From: an archaeon
GTDB taxonomy: Archaea > EX4484-52 > B79-G9
Direction: 5' to 3'
Length of the DNA stretch: 21,788 nucleotides
Assembly: GCA_043813875.1 (NCBI GenBank)
Contig: JBDRKP010000025.1
Coordinates: forward strand, 1-21,788
The notes beneath the pieces were generated by a model. The model was not told the DNA's origin and did no database searches. It saw only the letters and a list, made by a program, of their open reading frames with translations. Positions 17,033 to 21,788 of the stretch are shown one piece after another; the stretch's first letter is position 1, and each line of letters starts with the position of its first letter. A program made the position numbers and the translations under genes.

Positions 17033-18454
17033 TTACCTCCTCATTCTCCTAAAAGACATAATAAGGATAAGGATCGCCAGTACAAGCATGGCGGAAAGAA
17101 ACCCGAATCCAGGCGTTTCTTTTTTACCCTCTTCTTGAGTCTCCGTCTCCTCTTCAGAGATATTCTCCTCTACGGGAGAAATTCCCTCTTTCTGGTCCTG
17201 CTGTTCAACCTCTTTTTCAGATGGTTTCTCCAAGACCTCAAAAGAGTAGGTTTTCTCCGGGCACTGCTTTTTATCGCAGGCCTTTGCAACGACCTTATAA
17301 GTCGCTGCTCTTCTTGGGATAAAGGTAATATTGCCCTTATCACCAATAACCCGCCCTGTTGTGTAGCGGGTTTCATCGTTGTAATCTCCATAGATTTTTA
17401 CGTCTATGAAGCTTACTTGACGCCCATCGTCATAAGTCCAAAGACTTATATTGACGGGCTCACCGGCAACAGCTGGTGTTGTTCTATTGATGATTATTAG
17501 GGGAGGGTCATCAATAGTATCATCCACCAGAAACTCGGTAGTTCCGGTAGCGATGACGCTCCCGTTGTATGTCACATTTGTTGTGACATTATACGGACCT
17601 TCGTCATCAAAGGACCATGTGAACTCTACCCCTTCTGCGGAGTCAGTATGACCTCGTTCGATGTCAATGACTGACGTCGTATACTTACAAACGTCATCAT
17701 GACACGGATGCTTCAAGCGGAACTTGATATCAGATCCTTCAGAAACATAATCAGGATCATATTCAATCTCCAGGTCTTTCGAGCCCTGGACCTTAACTCC
17801 GAAATTCACCGAACTTGCCTGCCCGGCTTCATCCGTCGCCGTCACAAGGACATCGTATGTCCCTTGTTTTGCGGCAAACAATGAGAAAGTGGTATTGTCA
17901 CCATCCTCCTCAATTTCCCCGGTCTCAAGACCCACTGGAGAAACTTTGACTGAAAAGGTCGTCTCGTCGTCCTTTTCAGCCTCCTCTTTGTTCCAGACGA
18001 TAATCTGGACCGAGGCAAACAAAGGAACAGTGAGTTCCCTCTCTGACTCTTTCTCTGAGTCACTGAACGGATCAGAATATTTCATGACCCCTTCAATCTC
18101 CGGAGCGGGATTTTTATATACATAAAAATCCCTGCTAATGAGGTCGTTTCCATACGACCCCCCAGGGCCAGTCTCAACGTAAAGGCTGACATTGTAGTCA
18201 CCCTCTTTAAAGGGTCTTACAAAAGAGCATTGCGTGGAGACCGCTTCCCCGTTGATTCCCCAGATGCATTTGTGTTCGTAATCGAACACCTCCAGAGAAT
18301 TATTCGCGCTCAGCATAACCGGAGTCCCTGCAAGGATTCCTTCTGACGGATCTGGATCAAGATCCATCACCGCTTCTGGCGGCGGAACCGCAGAAGCGAT
18401 ATTTATCATCATTATTGCAATCACGGTCGTCGTGATTGTGATGATTTTATGCAT
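17033..18454 (-). CDS. PGF-CTERM cell-surface protein with tandem PKD/Ig-like domains
   Basis: Signal peptide; repeated PKD-like strands (F.EGDYNVSLYV, GTYDVLVTATD, F..EGPYNVT, ATYKVVAKACD); Glu-rich stalk; TPGF + TM + RRMRR tail; GGAGGTG RBS. Confidence 0.88.
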   Translation of the reverse strand: MHKIITITTTVIAIMMINIASAVPPPEAVMDLDPDPSEGILAGTPVMLSANNSLEVFDYEHKCIWGINGEAVSTQCSFVRPFKEGDYNVSLYVETGPGGSYGNDLISRDFYVYKNPAPEIEGVMKYSDPFSDSEKESERELTVPLFASVQIIVWNKEEAEKDDETTFSVKVSPVGLETGEIEEDGDNTTFSLFAAKQGTYDVLVTATDEAGQASSVNFGVKVQGSKDLEIEYDPDYVSEGSDIKFRLKHPCHDDVCKYTTSVIDIERGHTDSAEGVEFTWSFDDEGPYNVTTNVTYNGSVIATGTTEFLVDDTIDDPPLIIINRTTPAVAGEPVNISLWTYDDGRQVSFIDVKIYGDYNDETRYTTGRVIGDKGNITFIPRRAATYKVVAKACDKKQCPEKTYSFEVLEKPSEKEVEQQDQKEGISPVEENISEEETETQEEGKKETPGFGFLSAMLVLAILILIMSFRRMRR

Positions 18455-18469
18455 ATTTCAACACCTCCC

Positions 18470-18503
18470 GCTGCTAACTCATGAAAGGTTAACAGCATTT
18501 ATA
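18470..18503 (-). promoter_or_regulatory. TATA-like box with adjacent inverted repeat ahead of the operon
   Basis: Minus strand TATAAAT (18497-18503), then GCTGTTAAC-N9-GTTAGCAGC (18470-18496), then GGGAGGTG. Confidence 0.5.
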
Positions 18504-18788
18504 CACATAAATACAATTCCTCCTTCCCCTTTCTGAGAAGAAGAATTGCCCAGAATAACTCAAAAGACCCCAAGGACAAGAAAAAGACACCTCAAGCGCA
18601 TAGAATCCTCTAACCAAGAAGTCCTACCTGTCTTCGCTTCCAACCCTTGCCTTTCACAGCTAAGGTTAAAAGTTTAGACAGCGCTTCAGGTATTTGGACA
18701 GTCCATAAGAACTAATCCAAACTTTTTATGCCTCGAAAGGTCTTTCATTGAATTCTGGAACATAAACTGTTGTTTCTTTTCATGCGCA

Positions 18789-20960
18789 TCAGACAGCAAC
18801 GCCTTTAGGCGGCTTGTTGATGAGTTCCGTTGTCACATCACGCGGCGCGTCATAATGGAAAAACTCGATACGCGCGAAGCTTTTCCTCTCAAGAAGCGCC
18901 TGTGCGCTGATGACAAATATGACGACATTCGGGTTCTTGTGGCCGCAATCAGCAGCGAACCGCGAAAATCCCTGTATGACAGCATTCTTCACCTTATCAG
19001 AAGAGCAGATGACATAGGAGCGTGCGCCGACAGTCTTCACATTCTCATAGATCTTATCATAATCAGTCGTATTCTCAAAATAAAGGCTCACAGCCGAACC
19101 CTCCTTCTCGATGACACAGACAGAATCATTCACCTTGGAAGAGACTTTGAACCCTCGCTCCTTCAAAAAATCCATATAAGGATAGACATTCATCTTCTCA
19201 GTGACCGGCTTGATCGACCTGAAACGCACGTCAAACGCCCGCCTTCCCTTGGATTTCAGGAAATAATAATGCGACTTCTGCTTGTACACCTTGCCTTCCT
19301 TCATGCCGACAAACCCGCGCTCGACAAGATCCGTCACCTGCTCCTTGAACACAGTCCCCGAGCAGCCGATCTCCTTGTATATCATGGCAGCGCTATACGC
19401 CTTCGCAGCCCCGATCATCTCGATGATATCCCACTGCCTGTCCGTCAGGCTAGAGACATCCACCCTATCATCAATCACCATAGCTGCCGTTTTTTGAGTA
19501 TCATCAGTCTTTACAGTCCTGGCATCCACCACTGCAGCCTTCAAAGCCTTATCGCCAAGAATATCAAGCAGTTTCTCATCATTCACATTCCCCTTCTTCA
19601 CCTTCACATGTGGGAACTCCACAAGAAACGCGCTCGAAAAAGCAAGCCTCCTGCATAGCATGAACCCATGCCCTACAGGCAGTTTCCTTATATATTGCCC
19701 GTCCTCGTCATAATCGATGCCAAGCATATTGCTCGCGTCATGGATATCAGAATTCTGCTTAGAATCAAGCCCGAGATTCATATAGACATGCGTACTCGTA
19801 TTACCTAAAGCCGGATAGCTGATCATAGACGGATGCTGGTCCGTATATATGATACCGACGCCAAGCTCACGGATCTCCCTGAAAATCAGATCAATCACAC
19901 TCTCAGTGCCCATCTTCGCCGTCTTCTCCCTATTCACAAGATGATGCGCCTCCTCAAGCACGATAACAGCATTAAGGTCCTCGCGCACACCCTGCAAAAG
20001 CAGCCAGTCCCGCAGCCACTGAAGTATGATCTCTATAATGAACGTACGGTCATTAGGCGACAAAGAATCAAGCTCAAGCACAGTGATAGATCCAGTCTCA
20101 AGAAACGTGGACGGCAGAACGCCGATATCAACATCAAAAATTTTGCCCGTATCCCTGTAATTAAGAGACTCGATAGGCCTCTCGGCAGTCGCGATCCAGT
20201 TCCTCTCCCTCGCAGAGACCTTCGAATCGCCATGCGCATATACCCAATTGCGCAGATCCTTTATTTTCGGCATCTTACTCGCTCCGTCATAGATATCATC
20301 AAGCGCCTTAAGAACAACATGCTTACCGCCACCCATAAGCCAGTAAGAATGATCGAATATCTCAGCAAACTCCTTGGACCACTGCGTTATGCTCACTCCT
20401 TTCGGAGGGACAAGCGGATTGAACCTGAACGGCGCCACCTCCCTGCCCACAGTATAGACATTCATGCGCCCCTTGAATTCAGGCATCTCTATCATGTCGC
20501 GATAATTCATCTTGGAAAAATCAAAAATTATTATAGGCACATCCTGCTTTGCAAGCATCGTAATCATATGCTGTATCAGGTTAGTCTTTCCGTATCCTGA
20601 AGAGCCGAATACCCCCATATGCGTCAGAAGATGCTTTTTATCATACATGAACGGATACAATTTCCTCTTGCCGTAAAGCACATGGCCCATCTCAAGATCT
20701 CCGGCATTGCACTCATCGCGCGACGGCGGCTCAAGAAGTATGGATTTGCGAAGATCCTCGTCCTTGAACGCAGTAGCCTTAAGCCCGTCAATGATAGACA
20801 TGATCCTGCCCCGAGTCTCCTCATCACCCAAAAGATACGCCCTCTCAAGCTTGCGGGCATTCACGGCATCAATAATAGGGCTCAGCCTGCTGATCTCATC
20901 CGCAATCTCACGGGAACCAAGCGTTCTTCCCCTTGCAATGAACGGCCTTTTGTATTCCAT
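18789..20960 (-). CDS. HerA/DUF87-type P-loop ATPase with C-terminal winged-helix domain
   Basis: THMGVFGSSGYGKT (Walker A), IIIFDFSK, FRFNPL, VIVLEEAHH (Walker B), REIRELGVGIIYTDQHPS; wHTH LTDRQWDII...LVERGFV...YFLKSKG. Confidence 0.88.
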   Translation of the reverse strand: MEYKRPFIARGRTLGSREIADEISRLSPIIDAVNARKLERAYLLGDEETRGRIMSIIDGLKATAFKDEDLRKSILLEPPSRDECNAGDLEMGHVLYGKRKLYPFMYDKKHLLTHMGVFGSSGYGKTNLIQHMITMLAKQDVPIIIFDFSKMNYRDMIEMPEFKGRMNVYTVGREVAPFRFNPLVPPKGVSITQWSKEFAEIFDHSYWLMGGGKHVVLKALDDIYDGASKMPKIKDLRNWVYAHGDSKVSARERNWIATAERPIESLNYRDTGKIFDVDIGVLPSTFLETGSITVLELDSLSPNDRTFIIEIILQWLRDWLLLQGVREDLNAVIVLEEAHHLVNREKTAKMGTESVIDLIFREIRELGVGIIYTDQHPSMISYPALGNTSTHVYMNLGLDSKQNSDIHDASNMLGIDYDEDGQYIRKLPVGHGFMLCRRLAFSSAFLVEFPHVKVKKGNVNDEKLLDILGDKALKAAVVDARTVKTDDTQKTAAMVIDDRVDVSSLTDRQWDIIEMIGAAKAYSAAMIYKEIGCSGTVFKEQVTDLVERGFVGMKEGKVYKQKSHYYFLKSKGRRAFDVRFRSIKPVTEKMNVYPYMDFLKERGFKVSSKVNDSVCVIEKEGSAVSLYFENTTDYDKIYENVKTVGARSYVICSSDKVKNAVIQGFSRFAADCGHKNPNVVIFVISAQALLERKSFARIEFFHYDAPRDVTTELINKPPKGVAV

Positions 20961-21593
20961 CTAAATCGCCCCTGCGCCATCAAAAATCGATGCTATCTTC
21001 TTCTCAGAATGATACTCCTCACGGAGCGCCCTAAGCTCAGTCGTCAAAGCGATATTATCATGGAAACGCTGTATGAGCTCCTTTCTTTTCTGCTGGCGGA
21101 GCATGGAAATATGAAGCTTGATGCTTCTTAAGTCATCAAAATCAATGCATTTCGTAGCGAACAGTTCCTTGTCCTGTATATCGCCATCAATATCCTTGAT
21201 AATCTCCTCATGTATCTGGTTACGAAGCTCAACCGCCTTGCTGATCTCAGCAATCCTCTCTTCAAGAAATCCCACACGGTCAAAAAGATTGCCTATTATC
21301 TGCGAACCTGCGCATCGAAGCTGCCTGACCTCCTCAGGATCTTCCCTCGGAACAGCTTCCCTCTGCATGATCTTTATAGAATCAGGCACAATTTCAGGCT
21401 TTTCATCATCATCTATCTCGGCAACCGGACGATTGGCAATCTTATAGAGGAGCTCTTCTTTAGACGCATCCTTATACGTCCTTTCGATATTTTCTCCTTC
21501 ATAATCCTGCTTCATCTGCTCAGGAGTCTTGTGTGTCATATACTCCTTAGACCGTATATAATCGCGTTTTTTCTCCTTGTACATTATAACCAT
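20961..21593 (-). CDS. Charged coiled-coil hypothetical protein
   Basis: 210 aa, E/K/R-rich with a heptad pattern. Its stop directly abuts the HerA start. The true start may be ATG 21584. Confidence 0.75.
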   Translation of the reverse strand: MVIMYKEKKRDYIRSKEYMTHKTPEQMKQDYEGENIERTYKDASKEELLYKIANRPVAEIDDDEKPEIVPDSIKIMQREAVPREDPEEVRQLRCAGSQIIGNLFDRVGFLEERIAEISKAVELRNQIHEEIIKDIDGDIQDKELFATKCIDFDDLRSIKLHISMLRQQKRKELIQRFHDNIALTTELRALREEYHSEKKIASIFDGAGAI

Positions 21594-21788
21594 TCCTTAC
21601 TCATCATCTAAATGGGCGCGAAGTAAAGACACCCCAAAGGATTAGAACTTCAAAGTAACAATAACGATGTTTCTACCAACAAGTAACTTTATAAATGTTA
21701 CGCCAACGCCTATAATAATAGGGCAATGCCTGTGCATGGAGAAAACACATTGTAAATACATATTGTACATAATAGATAATACATCAGA

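Noticed and set aside
7046..18788. Complete integrative conjugative element with att sites
   Set aside because: No integrase, relaxase or tRNA target, and no convincing direct repeat at the two edges by eye (only short AACTCAA words).
18855..21611. Long plus-strand ORFs (267, 255, 170 and 133 aa) opposite the HerA and coiled-coil genes
   Set aside because: Antisense shadows with H/L/I/R-biased composition. The minus-strand frames carry the real motifs.

Overview
Archaeal chromosomal window. Evidence: TTTATATA-type boxes, GGTGA/GAGGTG ribosome-binding sites, an MtrA homologue and a PGF-CTERM protein; the lineage cannot be fixed without a search. It has four blocks. (1) 1-7045 is a housekeeping-like backbone: metallo-beta-lactamase-fold hydrolase, membrane proteins, dcd, a solitary soluble MtrA-like protein, a decayed SAM-methyltransferase, a DUF4139-like protein and dapF. 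(2) About 7050-11200 is a visibly AT-richer block with a hairpin-dense non-coding stretch and two divergent orphan genes, one with tandem winged-helix motifs. (3) 11262-18454 is a minus-strand cluster: PGF-CTERM Ig/PKD-like surface protein, three VirB2/pilin-topology small proteins, a secreted C-anchored protein, a VirB6/CedA-like polytopic membrane protein and a membrane-anchored VirB4/HerA-type ATPase. No relaxase or integrase is recognisable. This is the best candidate for an undescribed system: a minimal, possibly domesticated Ced/Ted-like DNA-transfer or cell-contact apparatus outside the Crenarchaeota. (4) 18789-21593 holds a second HerA/DUF87-type ATPase with a C-terminal wHTH, abutting a coiled-coil gene. 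All family calls come from motif reading by eye, not database searches.
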